Counted from the stretch's first letter, positions 21,569 to 32,636 are shown. The stretch is 64,000 nucleotides of DNA from an uncultured bacterium (GCA_963727525.1 CAVSGO010000007.1:32001-96000), one strand, 5' to 3'. Notes: generated from the letters alone by a model not told the origin. Numbers and translations are program-made.

Positions 21569-22993
21569 CTACGGCCGGCGCTCGTATACGTCGCGGCCCA
21601 CGAGCATTCGAACGATGTGGTCGTTCTCGTCTGCCTGAAAGACGATCAGCGTTCCGTCCTCGCGTTGGAAGAGGAGGTTTCCCACCGGATAGGCCCTTTT
21701 CCTTTGAAAGACAATGGCGCCGTTGTCGGACGCGGCGACCTCGACCGGCGTTGCCTTCCAGCCGCCCTTTTCCGGCCGGGTGTGGTTGCACATGGCGCTC
21801 GTGTACGATCCCGTCACGCGCGCGAGGCCGCCCCCCCTGCGGCGCGGAAGTTGTTCAGCCGCGTGGGTTATCTGCGGAAGCATGGCGTGCGTGAGAGCCG
21901 GGACGACGGCGTCTGCGAGGGTGGCGGACTCCTGGTTGCAGGCGACGAAGACACCGAGATGCTCGGACGGCACCAGATAGAGGAAACACCCGAACCCTGC
22001 CATGGATCCACCGTGACTCATGGCCGCTACACCTTCGCGCCTGTCTTCCATCAAGATCAGGCCATAGCCTGGGAGGCGTGGGTCGTTGCGAAACTGGGTC
22101 GCGAGCATTGCGCCGGTCGACTCGCGCGAGAGGATGCGCGCGCCGTCACACGCGCCACCTTCGAGGAGTGCGATCATCAGGCGTGCCATGTCGGTGACCG
22201 TGCTGTTCACCGACGAAGCGGGCGCGGTATTCATGTACTCCCACGGCATCGGCTCCCACTCCCCGGCAAAACCGTAGCCGGTGGCGATATCGTCCCGAAA
22301 TTCCGTGGGCACGGCAATGCCGCTTCTCGTCATGCCGAGCGGCGTAAAGATATGGCGCTGGAGATAGTCCTCGTACGCCACGCCGGAAACATCCTCCACC
22401 AGCACGCCGGCAAGCGTGACCGCGTAGGTGTCGTATATGGCCAACTCTCCCGGCGGGCGAATACGCACGAGGTTTCCGCGCAGGAATTCGGCGAGCGGAA
22501 GCACGGAGTCCGGCCCGGCGGCATGGCGCCCATAACCCAACTGGTCGAACCCCGCGGTATGGGTCAGAAGATGCCGGACACGCACGGGCTCATCGAAGGG
22601 GCCGTCCACGTGGATCGACTGCAAGTGCAAGTTCACATCGTCGTCGAGATGGACCTTGCCCGCGTCCACCAGCTGCATCACTGCGATCCCGGTCAACACT
22701 TTGGTGACAGACCCGATGCGAAAGATCGTCTCTTGCGCACTGACGGGCCTCTCCTGGAACACCTCGCGCCGCCCGAATCCCTGCGCGTACACCATCGCGC
22801 CGTCTTTCACGACGGACACCGCGGCGCCGGCGATGTAGCGGTCGGTCATCTTGTTGATGAATACGGGCCGCAGGATTGCATCGACGACTTCGCGCGTCCA
22901 GGCACCGGGGCCACCGACGTCTTCGGCGAACACCCGGATCGGGGCAATCGAGCAAAGCGCTGCTGCCACCGTCAATAAAAGGAACCGCTTCAT
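21569..22993 (-). CDS. Serine hydrolase, beta-lactamase/AmpC-like family, secreted
   Basis: FRIGSVTK, LLTHTAG, YDT at the YxN position, IFTPLGM, HGG. Confidence 0.9.
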   Translation of the reverse strand: MKRFLLLTVAAALCSIAPIRVFAEDVGGPGAWTREVVDAILRPVFINKMTDRYIAGAAVSVVKDGAMVYAQGFGRREVFQERPVSAQETIFRIGSVTKVLTGIAVMQLVDAGKVHLDDDVNLHLQSIHVDGPFDEPVRVRHLLTHTAGFDQLGYGRHAAGPDSVLPLAEFLRGNLVRIRPPGELAIYDTYAVTLAGVLVEDVSGVAYEDYLQRHIFTPLGMTRSGIAVPTEFRDDIATGYGFAGEWEPMPWEYMNTAPASSVNSTVTDMARLMIALLEGGACDGARILSRESTGAMLATQFRNDPRLPGYGLILMEDRREGVAAMSHGGSMAGFGCFLYLVPSEHLGVFVACNQESATLADAVVPALTHAMLPQITHAAEQLPRRRGGGLARVTGSYTSAMCNHTRPEKGGWKATPVEVAASDNGAIVFQRKRAYPVGNLLFQREDGTLIVFQADENDHIVRMLVGRDVYERRP

Positions 22994-23456
22994 CAGAGAT
23001 CTCCCCGTAGTCCGCTCGTCTCCCCCCTGGCCACAACAATCCCCATAGTCGATCAGTTACTCGGCCGTATAGGCCGCCCTCCTGCGCTCGCGTAACCTCT
23101 ACCAGGAACCGCGATGCCAACCAGGCTGTGGCGATGAATATCACATCTGCTCTCCCCATTCAAGATCCTCGCTCGGGCTGGCTCGCGCACCGCGGGATCG
23201 CGACCCGATCCCGCCTTCGGCAATGAGGGCACACTGTCAGGGAAGGCGCTCGGAGATGCGGGTCGGCAGCAGGGCCCTCAGCGATGGCAAAACCATTGTG
23301 CGCCCGGCACGGCCGGAAGTACGCATTTTTCACATGCCGGACCGAATTAGTTACCAAACGACCCGTAACTGGCTTCAATTACAGCAGTTCAACTAGCGAT
23401 TCTCAAGTTGCGTAAACCGGATAATATTAGTAATCTTACCGCAAATGGCTCACAAC

Positions 23457-24176
23457 GGGGGATAGGAATTTCTGACCCCCTTTTCGACGTTCGTCTCGCC
23501 GAGCCCTCGACGCGATATCTCGATTCTACTACCTCTTCGCGACGAGATCGCGCTCGCAGTGTCCGTAGACCTTGCGACATGACCATCGTGGCCGGATCGC
23601 ATCGTGTTTGACGACCCGCTGACCGCCGATTTCGCGTCGAGAACGCAGACCTCTGCGATCGGCCGGCTCCCCGGCTGTGGCTTCTCTTGCCTCACGGGGC
23701 GGATCTCAATCTGCGTCCGGCACGCCCACCGTCTGGTCCACTTCGTCCCAGGTCACGGCGGTCAGGGTCTGTGCGAACTCCAACTCGCCCTGCGGTGGTG
23801 AGCGCGCCGGCAACACCTGCGGCGGCTCACTCTCCAGGTCGAGGTGTTCGAGTATCCGTTTGATCACCGCCGGGTCCAGGATGAAGGCGATGATCGTCAT
23901 GGGGCCTCTGCATCTCGGGCATTGCAGAGACCGGACGTCGTAGATGCGCGCCAGCAGCATCGCCCAGCTGCGCGAAGCCTTCGGCCGCGGTTCGGTCGGC
24001 TCGGTCAATCCCATCGCTGCCCGCGCGCCGTCGAGGGCCTGCCGTACTGTGCCCGCAGGGCCGGCCGTCGCGGTCACTGCCCGGCGCAGCTTCGCGCCCG
24101 GTGCCAGCACGCCGCAGTAGCGGTGGCGGTGCTTGCGCGGTGGGGCGAGTAGATCGACCAGGCGCTCGAGGAACTC
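23457..24176 (-). mobile_element. IS91-like 3' fragment with type-B ori end (copy 3)
   Basis: 720-bp near-identical direct repeat of 17447-18166. Confidence 0.9.
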
Positions 24177-24291
24177 TGATCATGAAAATGTAAAGACATG
24201 ATAATAATAGTCCTGTATAATGCGCCCGGGGTTCCGGCCCGGGCCCGCGTCACGCATGCGATCCGGGAGGGACCATACGGGAGGAGTGATC

Positions 24292-26061
24292 ATGTCTATC
24301 CCTAGACCCAACCCATTCAAGAATGGTCCCGTCCTCGCCGGGTTGCTGCTCGCGGCCCTGGCTCCGGCGTCGACCGGCGCGATTCGCACGGACGATCTGA
24401 TGTTCGAGTACGGGGACGCTCCGGAGGACTACCTCGCGTACCCCAGCTCAGGTCAGCAGGGCCACTTCCCCACATGCTTCGACCCCGTCGGGTACTACGT
24501 GCGTCACGCGAATCCCGGATCCTATTTCGGACCATCGGCGGACCTGGAGGTCGACGGCAATGCGGGCCTCTGCTTCGTGGAACCCTACGACCAGGACGAG
24601 TGCTGGGGACCCCTGGACGGCGATTCCGGACTCGTGAAGCCGACCCCCTTCACGGTCTTCAACGGTACCGTCGTTCTGTGCAGCCAGCCGCCGGGCACCG
24701 CACTGGGCACGGTCTGCGGCTTCGCCCAATGGGGCACCGACATCGACATCGAGGTGCACAACACCTTCAACTTCCCGCAAGCGGTGAACATCCTTTTCGA
24801 CTGGGACCAGGACGGTTCTTGGCATGGTCAGAGCCAGTGCAACGGCGGCACCCCCGTCCCGGAGCACGCCGTCTGGAATCTCCAGGTCCCGGGGAACTTC
24901 AGCGGGCTACTCTCGCAGCTAGGCCCCCCCGCCATCCAGATCGGTCCCAACTCGGGCTACGTCTGGGTGCGCTTCACCATCACCGACCCGGGCGCGATCC
25001 CCGCCCCCGGCTGGGATGGCACCGGCAATTTCGACACCGGCGAGACCGAGGACTACCTACTGCGCATCGATCCCATCCAGGAAGCCGCCGAGCTGGGTGA
25101 CGCGCCCGAGGATGTGATCGCCTACCCGCTGACCAACATCGTGGGCCATTTCCCGACCTGTTACGGAGGTTCGGCCGGCTACGTGCGCCACGCCAACATC
25201 ACGAACACCCACCTGGGAGCCACCGTCGACCTCGAACCGGACGGGAATCACGGTGAATGCGGGTTCATACCCTACGACTACGACGAGTGCGGTGAGCTCA
25301 TCGAGGCCGGCCTCCAGATCGCCCAGCCGTACACCATCGGCCTGACCGGAAACATCGAGCAATGTGCCGGCACCACCGGCGGCAACATCGGCTATCCCTG
25401 CGATCCCATGGTCTGGGGCACCGATTTCGATGTCTTCGTGACGAACAACCGGGCCGAGGTCATGTACCTGAACGTGCTGGCCGACTGGAACGGCGACGGC
25501 ACCTGGGGTGCGACCGTCACCTGTCCCTCGGGCATCGTGGGCGACGAGCACCCCCTGAAGAACGCGGTGATTCCCGGCGGCTTCAACGCCAGCGCCTCAA
25601 GCCTCTCGCTCCCGGACTTCCGGATCCTCTCGGGCGAGCAGTGGGTGTGGTTCCGGATCACGCTGAGCGATATGCCCGTGTCCCTGCCGTGGGACGGGTC
25701 GGGCGACTTCCTCTACGGGGAGACCGAGGACTACCTGCTACGGGTCGGTGACGCCGCGTCGGCCGTGCCGACGGCGCAGGAAGCCGGTCTGATCCTCGAG
25801 CCCAGTTTCCCCAATCCGTTCAATCCCCGCACGACCATCGCGTACGGCCTGCAGAAGGCCGGACCGGTGCGCGTGGACATCCTCGATCCCCGCGGCCGCC
25901 GCGTCGTCACGCTGGTTCAAGGCGACCAGGACGCCGGCCAGCACTCGGTGACGTGGGAGGGGCGGGATCAATCCGGAAGGCTGGTGCCATCGGGCGTCTA
26001 CATGGTGAGCGTCACCGCGAACGGCACGGTGCGCACGGGCAAGCTGTCCCTGTTGAAGTAG
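24292..26061 (+). CDS. Secreted tandem GEVED-like domain protein with FlgD-Ig/T9SS-like C-terminus
   Basis: Two repeats GDAPED..AYP...DW..DG.W...RFT/RIT...GETEDYLLR; C-terminal PNPFNPRT...WEGRDQSG..VPSGVY; RBS GAGGAG. Confidence 0.88.
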   Translation: MSIPRPNPFKNGPVLAGLLLAALAPASTGAIRTDDLMFEYGDAPEDYLAYPSSGQQGHFPTCFDPVGYYVRHANPGSYFGPSADLEVDGNAGLCFVEPYDQDECWGPLDGDSGLVKPTPFTVFNGTVVLCSQPPGTALGTVCGFAQWGTDIDIEVHNTFNFPQAVNILFDWDQDGSWHGQSQCNGGTPVPEHAVWNLQVPGNFSGLLSQLGPPAIQIGPNSGYVWVRFTITDPGAIPAPGWDGTGNFDTGETEDYLLRIDPIQEAAELGDAPEDVIAYPLTNIVGHFPTCYGGSAGYVRHANITNTHLGATVDLEPDGNHGECGFIPYDYDECGELIEAGLQIAQPYTIGLTGNIEQCAGTTGGNIGYPCDPMVWGTDFDVFVTNNRAEVMYLNVLADWNGDGTWGATVTCPSGIVGDEHPLKNAVIPGGFNASASSLSLPDFRILSGEQWVWFRITLSDMPVSLPWDGSGDFLYGETEDYLLRVGDAASAVPTAQEAGLILEPSFPNPFNPRTTIAYGLQKAGPVRVDILDPRGRRVVTLVQGDQDAGQHSVTWEGRDQSGRLVPSGVYMVSVTANGTVRTGKLSLLK

Positions 26062-26248
26062 GCGAATGACCTGCACGCGGGCGGGCCATGGCGATCTCGC
26101 CATGGTCCCTCGCGTGCGCATCCCCCGGAAAGGGAATGCCGGGCGCGCTCGCTCTGGCGCGAACGACCCCGTGGTCCCTGTCGAGTATTGGCGCTCACGC
26201 CGATCTCGGCTATGCCAGAGACCACCGCCAGCAAGGACGCGCGAGGGC

Positions 26249-26557
26249 ATGCCGCACGGTCACGACCTCGATCCACCGATCACCCGCATCACCGAGGTCC
26301 GCTCGGAATACACATCGGCGCGGCTGATCTGCGCCAACCTCGCGTACCGGCTCGCGGGCACCCGCTATCAGCGCGCGCCGGGCTACCTGCCGGCAGAGAT
26401 CGATTTTCCTCGACCCGACGGCAAGCTGGCGACGCTCGAGGTGCGCGACTACGACGTCCGCCATCTCGACCGCGTCGCGAAAGGCCGCGCGGTTCGTCGG
26501 GGCCGGACCTCGTCTGATCAGCGGCGGTCGATGAGTGTCAGCAAGCTGCGGATGTAG
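26249..26557 (+). CDS. Small hypothetical protein or fragment
   Basis: Coding-like codon usage MPHGHDLDPP...LEVRDYDVRH; 3' end overlaps the glycosidase fragment. Confidence 0.3.
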   Translation: MPHGHDLDPPITRITEVRSEYTSARLICANLAYRLAGTRYQRAPGYLPAEIDFPRPDGKLATLEVRDYDVRHLDRVAKGRAVRRGRTSSDQRRSMSVSKLRM

Positions 26558-27615
26558 TCGCTGCCCACCCAGGTGTGGGGCATGTCGCCGATGAAGTGGG
26601 CGGTCTGCGGATCGTGCCATACGACCTCGGGCCACTGGCGCCAGCCGGCAGGGGTGCGGTGCGCGAGGAAGAACGCGAGTAGCTCCTGGGCGCGGTCGTT
26701 CCAGCCCAGGTGGACGAAGGCGCCGATGGTGCGGATCTCGTAGGGCGTGAACGCCTCCCATGGGGCGCCGTCGCGGCGAGCGGTGAAGAAGTCCCCCAGT
26801 ACTTCTCAAAGGTAGCGTCGAGAGCGCCGCGGGGCAGGATGTCGCGGGCCTGGCAGGGGTCGAGGGCGATGGTGGTGGAGGTGGCGTCGAAGTCGCCGAG
26901 GTCGGCGCAGCCGGGGATATAGGGGATGTTGTGCGCTTTCATCGCGGCGGCGATGGAGGCGCCGAGGTCGGTGGCGAAGCGGTCGCGCAGGGTGGCCAGT
27001 CGTGCCTGCTGGGCGGGGTCGCCCATGGCGGTGGCCAGGTCGACGGCGTCCTTGTAGCCGCGCAGGGCCCAGAAGTCGTCCCAGTAGGAGTGCATGGGCT
27101 TGGCCGAGTAGCCCTCGTGGCTGATGTTCGGCGGGAGGATGCCGTAGAACTCGGTGCCCGCGAACTCTGGCGTGCGGCGCTCGTCGAGCAGGCTCTCGAG
27201 GTAGGCGATGCCGTTCAGCACGCGCGGCCACATCGCGGTGAGCACGTCGCGGTCGCCGGTGGTGCGCCAGTACTCGGCGACCAGGAAGATGAACTCGCCG
27301 GTGGAGTCGTGCTCGGGCACGGGGTCGGCGCCGCGGCGATCGACGACGCAGGGGATCTTGCCGTTCTCGTACTGGTGGGGCGCGAACCAGAGCAGGAAGT
27401 CGCGTGCCGCGTCGGTGAAGCCCAGGCGCAGCAGGGCCTCGCTCGTGAGGGCGCCGTCGCGGATCCAGCTACGCGCGTAGGCGCAGGTGCCCGGCTGGAT
27501 GGCCGGACCCGCGCGGTTGACCAGGATGAAGCCGAGCTGGGCCTTCAGCGTGAGCAGTGCGTCTTCCATTCCAGGCGGCGCGACCAGGTCGACGCGTGCC
27601 AGTTTTCCCTCCCAG
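26518..27615 (-). pseudogene. Longest 3' fragment of six-hairpin glycosidase-like gene (copy 3), frameshift near 26795
   Basis: QPG..AYARSWIRDG, GKIPCVVD, EHDSTGE, SHEGY, HSYWDDFWAL, GDFDATST, TPYEIR, GDMPHTW. Confidence 0.85.
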
Positions 27616-27659
27616 CAATCGGTGGCGGCGCGGGTCACCGATACGGGATTGACGGGCTG

Positions 27660-27830
27660 CATCGGCGAGGTTGGCTCGTCTGATGGTCTTGGGTACTGTC
27701 GCGGCCGTCGCCGGACAGAGTGGTTCCCCGCGATGTCAACGATCGTCGCGTCCGGGGTTACGCGGCTTCGCGGTAGTACCGGCTATGTAACCCACCCAGA
27801 AATTGGCGGCGTCTCACCGGCCCAACGTCG
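27660..27830 (-). repeat. Duplicated 3' end of the rve element at 38473-39842
   Basis: Matches about 38595-38760 (tgatggtcttgggtactgtcgcggccgtcg...cccaacgtcg; encodes FLGGLHSRYYREAA*). Confidence 0.88.
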
Positions 27831-28871
27831 TCCATCTCGACGAAGCCGCCATCACGCGCGGCCGCGATCAGCCCGTCACCGCGGACTGCGCTGGCTCGTG
27901 ACGCACGGCCACCTGGATGCCGCTGCCGCCAGCGAGATGCGCACCTGGCAGCACGGCGGCGGCTGGTCCGTGCACGCGCAGGTCAGGATTGCCGATTGGG
28001 ACCGCCAGGGCCTGGAGCGACTGGTGCGTTACTGCGCGCGACCCGCCCTGGCCGCCGGCCGCCTGGGCCGCTTGAACGCCGACACCCTGGTGTACCGCCT
28101 GCGCCGCCCACGACCGGACGGCCGCACGGAGATCCGGCTGAGTCCGCTGGAATTCCTCGAGCGCGTGATCGACTTGCTCGCCCCACCACGCAAGCACCGC
28201 CATCGGTACTGCGGCGTGCTCGCTCCAGGAGCGAGGCTGCGCCGGGCGGTGACGCAGACCGCCGGTCCCGCCGGCACGGTGCTGCTCGCGCTCGATCGCG
28301 CCAGGGCTGCGATGGGCATGGCGGACGCGTCCGAGCCGCGCCCCAAGGCGTCGCGTAGCTGGGCGATGCTGCTGGCGCGGATCTACGACGCGCGGCCTTT
28401 GCAATGCCCACGATGCGGCAGCGCGATGACCGTCCTGGCGTTCATCCTGGACCCGGCGGTGATCAAGCGGATCCTCGATCACCTCGATCAGGAGAGTGAG
28501 CCGCCGGTCACATTGCCGGCGCGTTCACCGCCGCAGGGAGAACTGGAGTTCGCGCCGGCGAGCGGTCCAGTGATCTGGGACGAGGTGGATCAGACAGCCG
28601 GCCTGCCAGACGCGGAATGAGAACCCGAGCTTCGGAATCGTCAAGGGGCGAGGCCAGACAGTCGGCCGGTGGGAGTGGTCTGCGCGGCGGCGAGGAAATC
28701 TGGCGATTGGCACCGCGGAACGACGCATCGAGCCGCTCACAACGGGCGTGTCGCGAGGTTCACGGGCGATTCTCATGCGAAGGCGCGGCAAAAGTGTGGT
28801 AGAACCGAGCGCGCGAGTCGGCGCCATGTGGGGGAGGGGTTCCGAAAACGTGGTCTGTTTGACCTATACGC
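27831..28871 (+). mobile_element. IS91-like 3' fragment with type-A ori end (copy 4)
   Basis: Transposase C-half (stop 28620) and 3' region ending GTTTGACCTATACGC; inverted relative to copy 1. Confidence 0.9.
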
Positions 28872-28876
28872 TCACG

Positions 28877-31720
28877 TCAATGGGCGGCCTCATACAGCTT
28901 CCGGAACTCCGGCATATCGCGCAACGACGCGAACACCGGCGACACGCCCAGCAACTCGCGCGACGGGAGATACGGCCCGGGCTCGTCGACGACCGTCTTC
29001 CACTGCGCCACCGCGGCATCACTGTCGCCCAGCAGCATTAGCGTGTATCCCTTGAGGGCGTCGTGTTCGGACCGGATCCATTTGTCGCGGGTCGCGGGAT
29101 AAGTGACTTCCGCGGCACTCGCCTCGCGCAGGGCCGCGTCACGGTTCCCGACACCGGCATAGGCCAGCGCCAGCGAAGCCCGGATCCGCGAGTCGTTGGG
29201 TGATGCCTTCACCTCGCGCTCCATGATCTCGAGGCCCTTGCGGAACAACGGCTCAGCCGCCTCGCGGCTCCCAAGCAGGGCTTCGGCCAGCCCGGCGAAC
29301 AGCGGTGTCGAGTAGGTGATGAACTGTTCGGACATGACTTCGCCCATCTCTCCCGCTGCCGCGATGGCGGCCTCGCGGTCGCCGCGATAGAAATTGACTT
29401 CGTAGGTGTCGATCGTAAGGTCGCGCGGATCATCGGAAGCCGGCCCGCGCGCCAGCCACTCCTGTGCTGACGCGAAGTCTCCCTTGGCCAGGTAGGCATC
29501 CGCCTTGAGGCGATAGCCGATGCCCGCGTCCGGGGACAGTGAGATGACCTCGTCGAGCGTGGAGATGGCGCGGTCGAAACGGCGGAGCAGGCAATTGGTC
29601 TCGGCGACCCCCCACATCAGCCGTGTGTTCCGGGGGTCCTTGTCCATCGCCTGCTGGAGCAACACCAGGCCGTCCTCGTAGCGCCCCTGTCGACGACGGA
29701 TGAACCCGATGGCCTCGAGCACGTCGGCGGTCCCGGGCATCTCCTGCCGCACGCGCTCCATCTGGTGCACCGCTTCATCCAGGTCCTTCCGGCCCCAGTA
29801 GGCCACCCAACCCCGCGCGTAGGGAAGCCAGGGCGAGTCCGGAGCCAGCGCCTCCACGCGTTTGATCTCGGCGTCGGCCATGTTTAGCCGCGCCGGCGAC
29901 GCATCGTAGCCGAAGTGGATCAGGCCGGCGTACTGCTTCGCCAGCATCGCATGGGCCACCAGGAAATCCGGATCCAGCTCGATCGCGCGCTTGAGCATAT
30001 CGATGGCCGAGCGGGTGGTCGGCTCGTCCAGGTTGATGCCCTCGGCGTACCCGAGCGCCTTGAGATAGGCATGGTAGGCGTCAACGTTGTCCGTTAGCTT
30101 GACGCCCAGCGCCATGCGGGCCGGCTCCAGCAGCGTCACCCCGAGGGCGTCGACGACCTTGGTGGAGATCGTGGACTGGATGCGGAAGATCTCTTCCATC
30201 GACTCTTCGTAGCGGTCGGACCAGACCGGCGTGTCGTCAGCGGCGCGGATGAGCTGCGGCACCACGCGCACGCGGCTGGCGCCGCCAGCCATCTTCTCCC
30301 AGCGGACCGTCCCCTCCAGCACGTAGCTGACGCCCAGTTCCTGACCGATCTGCCGGGTGTTCTTGCCCGTCTTGTCGTACTGGACGGCGGTCGTGCGCGA
30401 GAGCACCGACAGCCCGTCCACGTTGGCGAGCCGGCTCATGATCTCGTCGGTGATGCCGGCCGCGAAGTAGGCGTCTTCGGGCAGACCCAGGTTGTCGAAG
30501 GGGAGCACGACGATCGATTTGACCGCTTTCTCACCCTTGACCGCAACTTCACCCGAAGCGCCGCGCACCGACTTGCCGTCACCGCCGCCGCCGCGCAGAC
30601 CGAAGAAAACGGCCGCAGCGATGGCCACGATCGCGATCGCACCCACGCCCAGCATCCGCCGGGAGGGGCGACTCCCTGCCGGCGGCATGACACCGCTGGC
30701 GGTCGAAGGTCCCGCTCCCGGGCTCGAAGTCGCGGACGGACCCGCAGTTGACGGCGCCATGGCGGGGTGCGAGGCGGATGACACAAGTGAGGACGGCTGC
30801 CCCGCCCATGAACCGCCGGCGGTGGACAGGCCCCCGGCGGAGGTGCTCAGCGGACCGGCGTCCGACTGCACCTCGTCGCGCAACCCTTCCAGTTCGTTTC
30901 GCACGTCGAGCGCGGTCTGGTAGCGGCGGTCCGGCTCCTTGGCCAGGCAGCGGTTCACGATGCGCCCGAGATGGCGCGGCAGCTCCGGCTTCACTTCATT
31001 GACGCCCGGCGGCATGTCGCGCAGGACCGAAGACAGCGTGGACATCTGGCTGTCCCCGGTGAACGGGCGACGGCCGGTGAGCATCTCGAACAGGATGACG
31101 CCGAGCGAGAAGATATCCGTGCGCGCGTCGATGGCCTTGCCCTCGGCCTGCTCGGGCGACATGTAGGCCGCCGTACCGAGGATCTTCCCTTCGCGCGTGG
31201 CCACATCGGCCACGGTCATCGTGTTCATCCCGTGCTCGGCCGGCGCCGCCTCGAACAGCTTGGCCAGGCCGAAATCGAGGATCTTCACGCGACCTTCGTC
31301 GTTGATCATGACGTTGTCGGGCTTCAGGTCCCGGTGCGTGACGCCCTGCCGGTGTGCGCCGTTGATGGCATCGGCCAGCGGGATGGCCGCGGAGAAGAAA
31401 TCGCGCAGCCGCATCCCTTCGGGCTGGATCATCTGCGTGAGCCGCCGCCCGGTCACGTGCTCCATGGTGAGGAACGGGATCTCGCCGTCGTCTTCCACCG
31501 AATGGATGACCACGATGTTGGGATGGTTCAGCGCCGCCACGGCGCGCGCTTCGCGCACGAAACGGCCGCGCCGTTCGGGATCACGGGCCATCTCGGCGGG
31601 CAGCACCTTGAGCGCCACGTTGCGGCCCAGTTTCGTGTCCTCCGCGAGGTACACGGTGCCCATGCCGCCGGAGCCCAGCTCGCTGACGATGCGGTAGTGA
31701 CCGAGGGTTTGTCCGATCAA
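28877..31720 (-). CDS. Ser/Thr protein kinase with TolB-N-like and TPR domains
   Basis: GSGGMG, VALK, HRDLKPDN, DFGLAK, YMSPEQ, SIVVLPFDNL, TPRs; TTG start after AGGAG. Confidence 0.93.
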   Translation of the reverse strand: MIGQTLGHYRIVSELGSGGMGTVYLAEDTKLGRNVALKVLPAEMARDPERRGRFVREARAVAALNHPNIVVIHSVEDDGEIPFLTMEHVTGRRLTQMIQPEGMRLRDFFSAAIPLADAINGAHRQGVTHRDLKPDNVMINDEGRVKILDFGLAKLFEAAPAEHGMNTMTVADVATREGKILGTAAYMSPEQAEGKAIDARTDIFSLGVILFEMLTGRRPFTGDSQMSTLSSVLRDMPPGVNEVKPELPRHLGRIVNRCLAKEPDRRYQTALDVRNELEGLRDEVQSDAGPLSTSAGGLSTAGGSWAGQPSSLVSSASHPAMAPSTAGPSATSSPGAGPSTASGVMPPAGSRPSRRMLGVGAIAIVAIAAAVFFGLRGGGGDGKSVRGASGEVAVKGEKAVKSIVVLPFDNLGLPEDAYFAAGITDEIMSRLANVDGLSVLSRTTAVQYDKTGKNTRQIGQELGVSYVLEGTVRWEKMAGGASRVRVVPQLIRAADDTPVWSDRYEESMEEIFRIQSTISTKVVDALGVTLLEPARMALGVKLTDNVDAYHAYLKALGYAEGINLDEPTTRSAIDMLKRAIELDPDFLVAHAMLAKQYAGLIHFGYDASPARLNMADAEIKRVEALAPDSPWLPYARGWVAYWGRKDLDEAVHQMERVRQEMPGTADVLEAIGFIRRRQGRYEDGLVLLQQAMDKDPRNTRLMWGVAETNCLLRRFDRAISTLDEVISLSPDAGIGYRLKADAYLAKGDFASAQEWLARGPASDDPRDLTIDTYEVNFYRGDREAAIAAAGEMGEVMSEQFITYSTPLFAGLAEALLGSREAAEPLFRKGLEIMEREVKASPNDSRIRASLALAYAGVGNRDAALREASAAEVTYPATRDKWIRSEHDALKGYTLMLLGDSDAAVAQWKTVVDEPGPYLPSRELLGVSPVFASLRDMPEFRKLYEAAH

Positions 31721-31866
31721 GAGGTCTCCTGGGGAGCGACGGCGGTCCGGATCGTGGCCATGGCCAAGCACCGTGCGCGGCGGATCCGCGCACGGTGCTG
31801 CTTCAATATTATTGTATTGATCTTATCATGATTGTTGTGCCGCGGCAATGCCGCGGAAATCCACCC

Positions 31867-32527
31867 GGTGACGCCCTCAACAGCCACGTCCACTTCCACG
31901 TTCTGGTGACTGACGGTGTCTTCATCCGCGACGCCGCAGACCCGGACGCGACGATTTTCCACCCCGCCACCCACCTCGACGCGGCCGCAGCCAGCGAGAT
32001 GCGCACCTGGCAGCACGGCGGCGGCTGGTCCGTGCACGCCGCTGTGCAGATCGCCGACTGGGATCGCCAAGGCATCGAGTGCCTGGTGCGCTACTGTGCA
32101 CGCCCGGCGCTGGCCGCCGGCCGCCTCGGACGCCTGAACGCCGACACCTTGGTGTACCGTATGGGGTGACCGCGCTCCGATGGCACGACGGAAATCCTGC
32201 TTACCCCGCCGGAGTTTCTCGAACGCCTAGTCGACCTGCTCGCTCCATCGCGCAAGCATCGCCACCGTTACTGCGGCGTGCTGGCCCCGGGCGCGAAGCT
32301 GCGCCGGGCGGTAACCGCGACGGCCGGCTCCGCGGGCACGGTACTGCAGGCTCTCGAAGGTGCACGGGCAGCGATGGGATTGGCCCAGCCGACCGAACCG
32401 CGGCCGAAGTCTTCGCGTAACTGGGCGATGCTGTTGGCGCGCATCTACGACGCTCGGGTTTTGCAGTGCCCCCGCTGCGGCGGTCCCATGATGATCATCG
32501 CCTTCATCCTGGACCCCGCGGTGATCA
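31867..32527 (+). mobile_element. IS91-like internal transposase remnant (copy 5)
   Basis: GDALNSHVHFHVLVTDG...CPRCGG...LDPAVI; deletion between the two HLD repeats; frameshifts. Confidence 0.88.
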
Positions 32528-32533
32528 CCTGAT

Positions 32534-32630
32534 CGCTAACGAGGACTTGCACCTGACAACGCCGCTTGTCACGCACCTGGCTTGCGCCAGGTCGCGCCAA
32601 CCGGCGTTGCAGGTTTAGCCAACGTTTTCC
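32534..32630 (+). other. Integron attC site
   Basis: R'' CGCTAAC, arms cacctgacaacgccg / cggcgttgcaggt with an extrahelical base, R' GTTTTCC. Confidence 0.82.
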
Positions 32631-32636
32631 GAAAAG

